Positions 23,433 through 32,539 of a stretch of 64,000 nucleotides of DNA are shown here, piece after piece. The notes under the pieces are model-generated. The model made no database searches. It worked only from the letters and a program-made list of their open reading frames with translations, and was not told where the DNA came from. The DNA is taken from sequence record MZ779063.1; one strand, 5' to 3'. The position numbers and the translations under genes were made by a program. The first letter of the stretch is position 1, and the number at the start of each line of letters is the position of its first letter.

Positions 23433-23476
23433 TATATTATAAAAATGAGGTAATGACATTAGCTTGTCATTACCTC
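23433..23476 (+). promoter_or_regulatory. TATATTATA-N4-TG promoter + GTAATG/CATTAC hairpin
   Basis: GAGGTAATGACA-ttagct-TGTCATTACCTC at 23447-23476. Confidence 0.7.
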
Positions 23477-23510
23477 TAATATATTTAAATAATAGGAGAG
23501 TGTTTTAGAT

Positions 23511-23939
23511 ATGGAAAAAGTTATAGAAAATACGGTAAAAGAATTAAGAGAATTGGCAGTAAAAGAAATAGAGTTTTTTGGTGAACCTGAAATAAACGTA
23601 TTTCATATTAATGGATATACACTTATAAGCTTAAGTAGAGATTTTTATCTTTTCACATCAGTTAAAGATGATAATAAAGAGATTTTAAACGCATTATTAA
23701 AAGATGATTTATTTAATTATTTTGATGAATATGATAATAAATTTGGATTTTTCGTATATTATGAAACTGTTGTAGATAAAAAGACAAATAAAAAAGGAGA
23801 ATGGAAGAATCTCAAACACTTAATAGATACTTTTGAATGGGAAAATGGAGACCTTTTAGAATTTGTAAAGGAAGAAAATTTATCAGTGAATGAGTCGTTA
23901 AAGAAAAAAGAATTAAGAGAATCTACAGAAGAATTATAA
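23511..23939 (+). CDS. Hypothetical protein
   Basis: ORF with RBS. Confidence 0.7.
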   Translation: MEKVIENTVKELRELAVKEIEFFGEPEINVFHINGYTLISLSRDFYLFTSVKDDNKEILNALLKDDLFNYFDEYDNKFGFFVYYETVVDKKTNKKGEWKNLKHLIDTFEWENGDLLEFVKEENLSVNESLKKKELRESTEEL

Positions 23940-24007
23940 AATTGAGTGAAACATATAAGTATCCTTAAATTCATACAATTTATATGAATTAAGAAAGGAG
24001 TAACTAT

Positions 24008-24157
24008 ATGATTACTTGGTTAATAGCTATACTAGTAGTTTTATTAATACTAGGTATTATATTCCGTGGACCCCTAGCAGTAATACCACCTATGGGATGG
24101 TCTGGAATTGTAATTGCAATCTTAGTTATATTAGTAGTATTTTACCTATTCAGGTAG
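24008..24157 (+). CDS. 49-aa two-TM membrane peptide (not in ORF track)
   Basis: AAGGAG RBS, ATG 24008, MITWLIAILVVLLILGIIFRGPLAVIPPMGWSGIVIAILVILVVFYLFR, TAG 24157. Confidence 0.75.
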   Translation: MITWLIAILVVLLILGIIFRGPLAVIPPMGWSGIVIAILVILVVFYLFR

Positions 24158-24162
24158 ATAAA

Positions 24163-24193
24163 GAGGTAATGGCATATTATATGTCATTACCTC
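24163..24193 (+). repeat. GTAATG/CATTAC hairpin family copy
   Basis: GAGGTAATGGCA-tattata-TGTCATTACCTC. Confidence 0.8.
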
Positions 24194-24224
24194 TAATATA
24201 TCGCAATTAAAGTATTTTCAAGTA

Positions 24225-24239
24225 TATATTATTTAAATG
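24225..24239 (+). promoter_or_regulatory. TATATTATT-N4-TG promoter
   Basis: Motif with the same geometry; GATAAT/ATTATC stem follows. Confidence 0.55.
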
Positions 24240-24293
24240 AGATAATAATTATACCAATCATTATCTTTTAATAAAAAACAGGAGGTATAAGGT

Positions 24294-24584
24294 ATGAAAG
24301 AATTAACAAGTTCAGTAGAAAAGGCAGCAGGTACAAGTTGGGGTGCGTTAGTAACACATCAAGTATTTATAGGACTAGGCTTAGTTTTATTAAGTTTAAT
24401 CGTATTTGCTATTTTGTATTATGCATTTAAAAAATTAAATGTCATGAATAACTTATCACCTATCATTGTATTGGTAGTTATTTTAGTTATTGGGATTGAT
24501 TTGGCTTTATTCGGATACGGTTTAATGCATATATTTAACCCAGGATATTATGCATTACAAGAAATTAAAGAAGTCATTAAATAA
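24294..24584 (+). CDS. Two-TM membrane protein
   Basis: Two hydrophobic segments; AGGAGG RBS. Confidence 0.7.
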   Translation: MKELTSSVEKAAGTSWGALVTHQVFIGLGLVLLSLIVFAILYYAFKKLNVMNNLSPIIVLVVILVIGIDLALFGYGLMHIFNPGYYALQEIKEVIK

Positions 24585-24673
24585 ATGATTTCAATGAATC
24601 AATACAATAATAGATAATAATTAAAAAAAGTTATTATCTATTATTATTTTTAAACTAGGAGAGTGAAATTGAT

Positions 24674-25021
24674 ATGAATAAAGATTATGAAAAAGTAAAG
24701 CTAAATTCTATAAATGAAATATTGGGAGGAGTGGATATTGAATCTTCTTTATATAGATTTTGGGAAATATACAGCAAGAAATATGACGAATATGTTTATT
24801 TGGTTTTTGAAGACATAGATTATGAAAATAATTATAACAATACAGTTAATATCAAAGGGATATTTAGAATTGATACTTCTGATAAATCTTTATTATTTGA
24901 AGATGAATTTACATTCAATAATGTATTGGTAACGGATTCAGCTGAGGATTTTGGTATTAGAGTAGATAACTATGCATATGATGATCTAATAAAACATCTA
25001 GAGGAAAATAAAATTATTTAA
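24674..25021 (+). CDS. Hypothetical protein
   Basis: ORF with RBS. Confidence 0.7.
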   Translation: MNKDYEKVKLNSINEILGGVDIESSLYRFWEIYSKKYDEYVYLVFEDIDYENNYNNTVNIKGIFRIDTSDKSLLFEDEFTFNNVLVTDSAEDFGIRVDNYAYDDLIKHLEENKII

Positions 25022-25042
25022 AATTATAGGAGATGAATAGAT

Positions 25043-25330
25043 ATGAGAAAAGAATTAAGTGATTATATTAATAAGGAAAAATTGGATGCATTAAGTATAT
25101 CTTTACAAGGAGATGATTTTGATTCTTTAGAACCAAAAGCTAAAGAAGAAGTATTTGAAAAATACTTAAAATTAGAAAAATTACATGTAGAATTTAGATA
25201 TGAAGAATCATTGGGTAAAATTGCAGAATCTTTGAAAGATATTTCACGTAAAGAAAATAATTCAGATTCAAGTAATGTAGATAAAGACGCTATTTTATCA
25301 GCTTTAAAGAATTTTGCACGTAAAATTTAA
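25043..25330 (+). CDS. Hypothetical protein, paralog of 25350..25607
   Basis: YINKEKLDALS...DFDS...EEVFEKYL. Confidence 0.7.
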   Translation: MRKELSDYINKEKLDALSISLQGDDFDSLEPKAKEEVFEKYLKLEKLHVEFRYEESLGKIAESLKDISRKENNSDSSNVDKDAILSALKNFARKI

Positions 25331-25349
25331 ATAGAGAGTAGGTAAAACA

Positions 25350-25607
25350 TTGGATGAAATAAGACAAATAGAAAAATATGTAGATGCAGAAAAATTAAAT
25401 GCAATAAGTAATTATCTCTTTAGAAGCGATTTTGAAAGTTCTAGATTAGGAGAAGTTCAAAGAAAAGAAGTTTTAGAAGTTTATATGGTAATGGATAGAA
25501 ATGACATTCAACATTATTTAGCTAAGAAAATTGAAGAAAATGGAGATAAACTTTGTAATTCTCTAAGTGAATTTGAAGAATTAATAAAAAGGATAAAGGG
25601 GATGTAA
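25350..25607 (+). CDS. Hypothetical protein, paralog of 25043..25330
   Basis: YVDAEKLNAIS...DFES...KEVLEVYM. Confidence 0.65.
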   Translation: MDEIRQIEKYVDAEKLNAISNYLFRSDFESSRLGEVQRKEVLEVYMVMDRNDIQHYLAKKIEENGDKLCNSLSEFEELIKRIKGM

Positions 25608-25613
25608 ATTAAA

Positions 25614-25988
25614 ATGAAAAAATTAATGATTTTAGGTCTAACAATATTTTTAACAGTTATTTTAGCAGCATGTAGTGGTGAAGAAAAGAAACCTAGTGAA
25701 GAAAAAGCAAAAGGAGATAGTTATAAATTAATATATTATGAAATTTTAAATAATGGAGATAGTGATTATCCTAGAGTGGAAATTGCTTATGAAAATAGAA
25801 TTAAAGAAGTTCAATCCGAATCTATTGATAGCGATAATTTAATTGAGCATATCTTAAAAGACCCAAAAGAAAAACCTAAATTAGTTATTGATGGTGATGA
25901 ATATCATGTGTATAGACAACCTTATATGACTTATAATCAAGAAGATATTGAAGGTAAAGTAGAAAGTAAAGAGGAAGTGGAAAAATAA
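25614..25988 (+). CDS. Lipoprotein
   Basis: MKK + hydrophobic core + LAAC. Confidence 0.8.
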   Translation: MKKLMILGLTIFLTVILAACSGEEKKPSEEKAKGDSYKLIYYEILNNGDSDYPRVEIAYENRIKEVQSESIDSDNLIEHILKDPKEKPKLVIDGDEYHVYRQPYMTYNQEDIEGKVESKEEVEK

Positions 25989-26569
25989 TGAAAAAGTTTT
26001 CTATGATCCTAGTGTCAATAATTACATTATTAGCATTCGTTAGTCAAGATGTGTTAGCTATTGGAAGTTCAACTTCCAGTAGTTCTTCATCTTCATCATC
26101 AGTTTCAAGTAGATCCTCAGTTTCATCAAGTTCTAGTATGAATTCTTCATCATCAGCAAGCAGATCATCTATGCAAAGTAGCATGAATGCTCAAAATAGT
26201 GCTAGTCGAAATAGTTCATTGAACAGTAGTATGAATAGAAATAGTTCATCTTCTTTAACTAATCCAAATAATATGTATAATAAGAATAATCAAATGAATT
26301 CATATAATTCACAACTTAGACAAAGTAATTATATGAATAATATGATGATGTATTATTTACTATTTAATGGTATTCATAATCAAAATAATTTAAAGAAACA
26401 AAAATCAATTCTAATGGATCAAATGAATAAAGATCAAAAGTTGTATACAATAACAATTAAAACTAAAGATAATAAAAAGCAATTGTTAACTGTTACTAAA
26501 AAGGATTATGATAAAATTAAAGAAGGAGATACTGTTAATTATTCTAATAATAAATTAGAAATAAAATAA
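25988..26569 (+). CDS. Secreted/membrane Ser/Asn-rich low-complexity protein
   Basis: Signal peptide, poly-Ser tract, MNNMMMYYLLF segment. Confidence 0.7.
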   Translation: MKKFSMILVSIITLLAFVSQDVLAIGSSTSSSSSSSSSVSSRSSVSSSSSMNSSSSASRSSMQSSMNAQNSASRNSSLNSSMNRNSSSSLTNPNNMYNKNNQMNSYNSQLRQSNYMNNMMMYYLLFNGIHNQNNLKKQKSILMDQMNKDQKLYTITIKTKDNKKQLLTVTKKDYDKIKEGDTVNYSNNKLEIK

Positions 26570-26587
26570 TAAAAGGGTGATCAAATT

Positions 26588-26971
26588 ATGAAATTAATAA
26601 AAACACTATTAATTGTAACGTTATCATTCTTTTTACTGACAGGGTTTAGTAAAGATGAAAGAATTAGTGGAGTTTTAATTGATAAGATAACTGATTTAGA
26701 ATCAAATAATGAGATTAATTATTTGATTCTAAAAGATGAAGATAAGGGAAAGACAAAAATAGATGTTGACAAAGAAGTATTTGATAAACTATCAAAAAAT
26801 GATGACATAGTTATTAATGAAGATGGTAAAGTCTATTCAAATGGAAAATTTATTGATTATTATGATGGAGATCAAACGCCATATTATGTACTTGGTATAA
26901 TTATGGGTTCAATAATTATATTAGGATTTATATCAGTAATCATTATAGATTTATTCCCTTATTCAATATAA
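26588..26971 (+). CDS. Membrane protein with signal peptide and C-terminal TM
   Basis: N-terminal LLTGF signal; hydrophobic C-terminus. Confidence 0.7.
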   Translation: MKLIKTLLIVTLSFFLLTGFSKDERISGVLIDKITDLESNNEINYLILKDEDKGKTKIDVDKEVFDKLSKNDDIVINEDGKVYSNGKFIDYYDGDQTPYYVLGIIMGSIIILGFISVIIIDLFPYSI

Positions 26972-27014
26972 AATTAAGAGATAAAATAATATTTAACTAG
27001 GAGATGAATTAGAT

Positions 27015-27791
27015 ATGACAGAAAAAATTCTAAATTTAAAAATAGTAGTGAGCAATGATTTAAAAGATGTATATGGTACAAAATTATCTGGAGGAGGTTA
27101 TAAAGATAATGAAATAATGGTATCAGAAAATGATATTTTAAAAATAAAATTAGACATTAAAGATGAACAAGGTAAAGAAATAAAATTAGAAGACATAAAT
27201 CACTTAATAAGAGTTGGATCTAATGTTAAAAATATTAAAAGACTTTTTGATAGAGTTTATAAAATAGATGAATTTTTTGAAAAAGATGAGAAATACTATT
27301 TATATAAAATAAAAGAAAATATGGACACTCAATGTTTAAAGTTTAGCGTATACAATTTGGATTCAGAAATTGATGAAGACGTTTTAATGGACATTTTTAT
27401 TTATAATGATAGTTTTCATAAGTCAGTATTAGGAGTAGTTGGTAGATATATCCAAAATAAAAAAGATGAAAAAATCGTTAAAAAATTTGTGTCTGATATT
27501 AGAAGTGATTTTGATGAAAAAGAAGTTGAATATACAATAGAAAATATTGACGATTTACTTTTTAGTAGTAATGTTTTTGATTTATTAAATTACGTACATG
27601 AAAATAGTCATACGGATGAGGTTATTGATTGTTTTTCAAGCGAAATTCAAAAATCTTTAAGTGAATCAGTAAATGCTGAAAGTCGTGATGAAGATTATAC
27701 TTTTGCTGAAGGCATAAATAATATTTTTGGAATTGCAGGATTTTCTCTAACAAATGGCAAAGTTTTTAAATTTAATTACTTAAGTGTATAA
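27015..27791 (+). CDS. Hypothetical protein
   Basis: ORF with RBS. Confidence 0.7.
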   Translation: MTEKILNLKIVVSNDLKDVYGTKLSGGGYKDNEIMVSENDILKIKLDIKDEQGKEIKLEDINHLIRVGSNVKNIKRLFDRVYKIDEFFEKDEKYYLYKIKENMDTQCLKFSVYNLDSEIDEDVLMDIFIYNDSFHKSVLGVVGRYIQNKKDEKIVKKFVSDIRSDFDEKEVEYTIENIDDLLFSSNVFDLLNYVHENSHTDEVIDCFSSEIQKSLSESVNAESRDEDYTFAEGINNIFGIAGFSLTNGKVFKFNYLSV

Positions 27792-27811
27792 TATTAATAT
27801 TAGGAGATGAA

Positions 27812-28912
27812 TTGGATATGGAAAATAATAAAAATGAATTAATTAGCAGAGAGAACATTTCACCAGAGGTTTTTAAAAAGGTTGATGACATTAATATACT
27901 TGATAAGAAAACTATTATTGAGTATGGCCATGAAGTACAAGATAAATTATCTAAAGAATCAGACAAAGTATTAAAGAATATTAAAGAAAATGATTCTAAT
28001 GAAAAGATTAATAAAGTACTAGATGATATGTTAGAAGTGTTTAATTCATATGATCCACAAAAGATTGATGAGAATATGAAACAAGAAGAAAAAGGTTTCA
28101 TGGATAAAATTAAATCTATGTTTAATAAAGGTAAAGAAAACTTAATCGGTAAAGAATTATCTAAAGTTGATTCAGCTTCAAATAATATGACTTTCATTGA
28201 AAGACAATTAAAAGAAAGTAGTTCTTCAGTTGATAATGCAAATAAAAATTTAGATAATTTAATTCAATCTAATAAAGATTATTATGAGAACTTAAGTGAA
28301 TATATTGAAGCGGCTAAATATAAGAAATTAGAGTTAACAGATGAAATTCAAAAAGATACTGATGAAGTTAGAAATATTGAAGATACTGGTGAAAAACAAA
28401 ATCAAATTCAATTAGTATCTGATAAAGAACAAGGTTTAGATAATCTTGATAAACGTATTTATGACTTAAGTACATCATTAGCTCTAGCTGAACAAAATGT
28501 ATTTGAATTAGAAATGATTAAGAATATCAATTACAGTCTTAAAGAAAATATTAATAACTCTTTAGTAAATAGTATTCCTATCTGGAAATCTCAATTAACT
28601 AAAGCAGTAGTATTAATTCAACAACAACAATCAATTAAAACTAACAAAGCTATTAGAGAAGCAACTTCTGATATTTTATTAAGTAACTCTAATATCCTTA
28701 AAGATAATGCAGTTCAGATGTATAATGAATCTAATAAATCATTTATTGATATTGATGTTCTTAAACAAACTCAAAGTAATATGATTGAAATGACAGAAGA
28801 TTTAAAACGTATGTCTGAAGAAGCTTATAATGAAAGATTACGTGGATATGAAGAACTTAAAGAAATTAAGGAAGATAAAAAAGAATTAGAAAATAAGAAA
28901 ATAGAAATGTAA
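27812..28912 (+). CDS. TelA-like toxic anion resistance protein (likely start 27818)
   Basis: IIEYGHEVQDKLS, coiled-coil body, RIYDL...IPIWKSQL, FIDIDVLKQT typical of TelA. Confidence 0.78.
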   Translation: MDMENNKNELISRENISPEVFKKVDDINILDKKTIIEYGHEVQDKLSKESDKVLKNIKENDSNEKINKVLDDMLEVFNSYDPQKIDENMKQEEKGFMDKIKSMFNKGKENLIGKELSKVDSASNNMTFIERQLKESSSSVDNANKNLDNLIQSNKDYYENLSEYIEAAKYKKLELTDEIQKDTDEVRNIEDTGEKQNQIQLVSDKEQGLDNLDKRIYDLSTSLALAEQNVFELEMIKNINYSLKENINNSLVNSIPIWKSQLTKAVVLIQQQQSIKTNKAIREATSDILLSNSNILKDNAVQMYNESNKSFIDIDVLKQTQSNMIEMTEDLKRMSEEAYNERLRGYEELKEIKEDKKELENKKIEM

Positions 28913-28916
28913 GAAG

Positions 28917-30092
28917 GTGCATTATTACATGTTAGATATTTTACTTTATTCATTTTCTGGTGTCGCCATTGTAGGAGGTTCTGCAATGGCGATTTATAAT
29001 GGAAATAAGTTAATTACAAAGAAAAAAAGAGTTTCACAAAATGAATTAAAACTTAAAGATACAGAAGAATTAATTGATCTCAATGAAACTAAAATAATGG
29101 AAAAATTAAATGATTCCTATAAATTAGAAAATACTTTTGACGGTAAAGAGAGATACTATGCTTTACATTATTTATTAAGTCATCCAGAAATGGAATTCTA
29201 TAAAGAAATTGCTACACATATTTATTCAGCTGTTTTAAATGGAAAAAATAATGTTGGAGCTGAATATACTAAAGATTTATTTATTGAAGGGAAGTCTTAT
29301 AATAAAAGATTAGATCTATTGACATTCTCTTTATTGTACAAAAAAGATGATAAATTTAAAATTAACAAAGAAAATGGAATTATGGAAGAGTTTAAAGATT
29401 TACTTGATACTAATATAGAAGATTTAGAAAGGTTAGAAAGAAAAGGTTTTATGTATACAAAAGATGATTCAAGTGTATTTTATAAGTATTCATTCTTAGG
29501 GACTAAAATATTAATCGGATTAATTGATTTACATGGTGATTATTATATAACTATTATAGACGAAAAAGAAAATGTTTACATTAAAGATATGAAAATTGGA
29601 GATGAGATTGATGCTTTACAATATTTTGATGGAGCAAGATTTTTATATCATCCATTAGATTTCTATATATTAGATGATGGAGAATTACAAATATTAGATC
29701 CAAATTCTTATAATTTAAATACTAGTGAAAATAAAAAAATAATATTTGACTTTAAATCTTATAATTCAGAACCTATAGGAGATAAACGTGTAAACTTATA
29801 TTTTGAAGATATAGAAGTCGAAAAAGTTCCTTTTAATACTGAAGGACTATTAAATTATTTAAATAATGATGTTAAAAGAGAAAATGATGATTTTATTTAT
29901 CTTAAAGGAAATAAAGAAGAAAGAAATATAGATAAAAATCATTGGTCGAATTTAATAGAAACTAATTATATGATGAATTATAGAGATAAAAAGAAATTCA
30001 TGAAAAATATTCATAATAAATTAGTAGAAGAAAAAAGAATGAAGGATATTGAAGAATATAAAAATTACTCTGAAATAGGGAGAAAGGAGTGA
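28917..30092 (+). CDS. N-terminally anchored hypothetical protein, paralog of 34920..35462
   Basis: N-terminal TM; ERYYALHYLL and HWSNLIETN motifs. Confidence 0.7.
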   Translation: MHYYMLDILLYSFSGVAIVGGSAMAIYNGNKLITKKKRVSQNELKLKDTEELIDLNETKIMEKLNDSYKLENTFDGKERYYALHYLLSHPEMEFYKEIATHIYSAVLNGKNNVGAEYTKDLFIEGKSYNKRLDLLTFSLLYKKDDKFKINKENGIMEEFKDLLDTNIEDLERLERKGFMYTKDDSSVFYKYSFLGTKILIGLIDLHGDYYITIIDEKENVYIKDMKIGDEIDALQYFDGARFLYHPLDFYILDDGELQILDPNSYNLNTSENKKIIFDFKSYNSEPIGDKRVNLYFEDIEVEKVPFNTEGLLNYLNNDVKRENDDFIYLKGNKEERNIDKNHWSNLIETNYMMNYRDKKKFMKNIHNKLVEEKRMKDIEEYKNYSEIGRKE

Positions 30093-30099
30093 AGGTTCT

Positions 30100-30936
30100 T
30101 TGAGTAAAGATTTTTTCTCTCATAATAATGTAAATTATAAAAAAGATTTAGATAAACAACTTGATGAAGATTTAGATAAACTTTATGGACAACAGTCTAT
30201 GGATATTAATCCATATGGCCATACAAGCTTTGTTAACAAAGATGTTAGAGAAGCTAAAGAAAAACTTGATAAACTTAATGATGATTTGATGCGTAAAGGA
30301 CACAGTGCAATGATTGATACTGATTTAATTCTAAAGGAAATTGATAAACGCAAAACTTTAGAAAGGGAAAAATTGAATGGCGTTTATGACAGTATATATA
30401 ATTTTGGTTCTATAAATCCTGTAAGTCATAGTCACTATAGACAGCTGGATGAGATTAATAAACGTAATACTAATATAAAAAATAACTCTCGTAATTATAT
30501 TAAAAAAGATTTAGATGAAGAAGCATTGAATAGAAGACAATATAGAAATATGTGGAATAAACCTGTAATGACTTATGAACAAAAATTAATGAATAGATTA
30601 GATGAAATAAGAAGTAAGAAAATAACTAATAAAAATAAAGAAAGATATACTGTTGAAGTTTCAGCAATAATGTATATAACAAGTTGTAAATTTATTCCTG
30701 AATTTACTAAAGATGATATAATTAATACTTATTTTGATGTAAAAGAAATGATGAACAAAAAAGATAAAATCTTAGGAAATGGTGAAAGTGTAAAAAATTT
30801 CACTTTAATATTTGCTAAAGCTATATGGTTTTTAAGAGGAAATATTAAAGAAAAGAGTATAATAACAAATCATTCAGCACATGCAATTAATAATAATTTT
30901 TTAATAAAAGATTTATATGATCTTAGAGTATTTTAA
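30100..30936 (+). CDS. Hypothetical protein
   Basis: ORF, TTG start with RBS. Confidence 0.65.
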   Translation: MSKDFFSHNNVNYKKDLDKQLDEDLDKLYGQQSMDINPYGHTSFVNKDVREAKEKLDKLNDDLMRKGHSAMIDTDLILKEIDKRKTLEREKLNGVYDSIYNFGSINPVSHSHYRQLDEINKRNTNIKNNSRNYIKKDLDEEALNRRQYRNMWNKPVMTYEQKLMNRLDEIRSKKITNKNKERYTVEVSAIMYITSCKFIPEFTKDDIINTYFDVKEMMNKKDKILGNGESVKNFTLIFAKAIWFLRGNIKEKSIITNHSAHAINNNFLIKDLYDLRVF

Positions 30937-30955
30937 TTAGGAGAGTGAAGAGGAT

Positions 30956-31345
30956 ATGGGAAGTTTAATAGGTTTAATTATACTAATAGTAAATTCACTA
31001 TTAGCATCAATTTTTATTTTTAGTAACTTAGGGAAAATGGGTAAATTTAAAAACAGTTTATGGGTTCCAATTGAAAGAGAAATAAAAAATAGAATGAAAT
31101 TCTTAATGACTATTAATTTTATTCTATTTCTATCATCATTAATATTATTATTTAAAAATATTATATCAGCTCAAGTATCATTATTATCAATAATTATATT
31201 TGGGGGAGTATTTATATTCTTTTTATTTAAGTTAATGAGAGACAATCAGCATTTTAGTAAGAGTAACAAATTTTACAATGTAATATACATGTCAAGTTTA
31301 TTTTTAGTAACGGTAGATGTTTTACTATCATTCTATAACCTATAA
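30956..31345 (+). CDS. Four-TM membrane protein
   Basis: Four hydrophobic segments. Confidence 0.7.
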   Translation: MGSLIGLIILIVNSLLASIFIFSNLGKMGKFKNSLWVPIEREIKNRMKFLMTINFILFLSSLILLFKNIISAQVSLLSIIIFGGVFIFFLFKLMRDNQHFSKSNKFYNVIYMSSLFLVTVDVLLSFYNL

Positions 31346-31378
31346 AAGATTAAAGAAATATATAAGTTAAATAAAGAT

Positions 31379-31409
31379 GAGGTAATGGCAAATTATATGT
31401 CATTACCTC
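31379..31409 (+). repeat. GTAATG/CATTAC hairpin family copy
   Basis: GAGGTAATGGCA-aattata-TGTCATTACCTC. Confidence 0.8.
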
Positions 31410-31434
31410 CAATATACTATAAGGAGAGTTTAAA

Positions 31435-32526
31435 ATGAAAAAATCATTAATAACAGCATCATTATTAAGTACGGTAATACTGTTGGGAGCATGTGGAAAC
31501 GAAGGATCATCATCAGAGAATAAAGGGTCAAACTTAAAACCAGAAAAGCAAGAAGAAATTTATTCTAAAGAAGCAAAATTATTAGGTAAAGCAATAAGTA
31601 ATGAAGATGCTATGGATGATTCTACAAATAAAGTTTCAGATGATTTTAAGAAATCTTTAGACAGATATGAAGATAAAACTAAAAATTTAGATAGCGTAGA
31701 TACTCAAGTTGGTGATTTAACTTTAAGAGTTGGAAAATCTATTGAAATCATGAGTGAACGCATGTATGAATTAGATAAGTTCAATAAAGATAATCCAGAT
31801 AAAGAAATGGAATACAATCTAGCTCTTGTTGATGTTGGAATTAATACTGCTCAATCTCTAGAAAGTATAAATGAAGATTATGAATCAATCGATGTATCAT
31901 ATAAAAATGAAACTATCGGTAAGAAAGCTAATGAAGAAGTAACTGATGTTTTATCAACTTTCCCAGCATATGAACTTGATGAATTGATAGATGATTATGG
32001 AACTGGCATTGTTGGAAATGATGAAACAGATCTAACACAAGAACAACAAAAAGTATTATCAGACACTAAATATCGAGATGAACTTAAAAAAGAAGTAATG
32101 ACTCAAGAAGAACCAGACACTTCTAAAAATGAATATAATGAATCTGTGAATATGTTTAATAAATTTGCACCAGAATTCCTTCATTATAAAGAAGTAGATG
32201 AAATGGTATCTTCAACAGAAAATAACAATATGATGGATATCAGAAATGCTGTTGTAAGTGCTAATACAGATGCTGGAGTAGATAGTTATGAAGATATGGA
32301 AGAAGATGCTGAATCATTAGAAGATGATACTGAGAGTATCGAAGATGAAGAAAGCTCAGATGACGAAGGATATGATATTGATGGCTGGTCTGCAGAATCT
32401 TATAATGAATTAGTAGATGAATATAACGCTCTTACCGATGGTGAAAAAATGGATCACGTAGATGAAGATGTATCTAATATTGAATATGAACAATTAGAAG
32501 AAAGAGTCGCAAAATTAGAAGAATAA
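31435..32526 (+). CDS. Acidic lipoprotein with duplicated C-terminal motif
   Basis: LGAC lipobox; YNESVNMFN...VDEMVS and YNELVDEYN...VDEDVS. Confidence 0.8.
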   Translation: MKKSLITASLLSTVILLGACGNEGSSSENKGSNLKPEKQEEIYSKEAKLLGKAISNEDAMDDSTNKVSDDFKKSLDRYEDKTKNLDSVDTQVGDLTLRVGKSIEIMSERMYELDKFNKDNPDKEMEYNLALVDVGINTAQSLESINEDYESIDVSYKNETIGKKANEEVTDVLSTFPAYELDELIDDYGTGIVGNDETDLTQEQQKVLSDTKYRDELKKEVMTQEEPDTSKNEYNESVNMFNKFAPEFLHYKEVDEMVSSTENNNMMDIRNAVVSANTDAGVDSYEDMEEDAESLEDDTESIEDEESSDDEGYDIDGWSAESYNELVDEYNALTDGEKMDHVDEDVSNIEYEQLEERVAKLEE

Positions 32527-32539
32527 CGGAGGAAATTAA

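Noticed and set aside
24016-24210. Track ORF of 64 aa
   Set aside because: TTG start poorly placed relative to the RBS and runs through a conserved hairpin; the overlapping 24008..24157 frame has a good RBS and a coherent 2-TM product.
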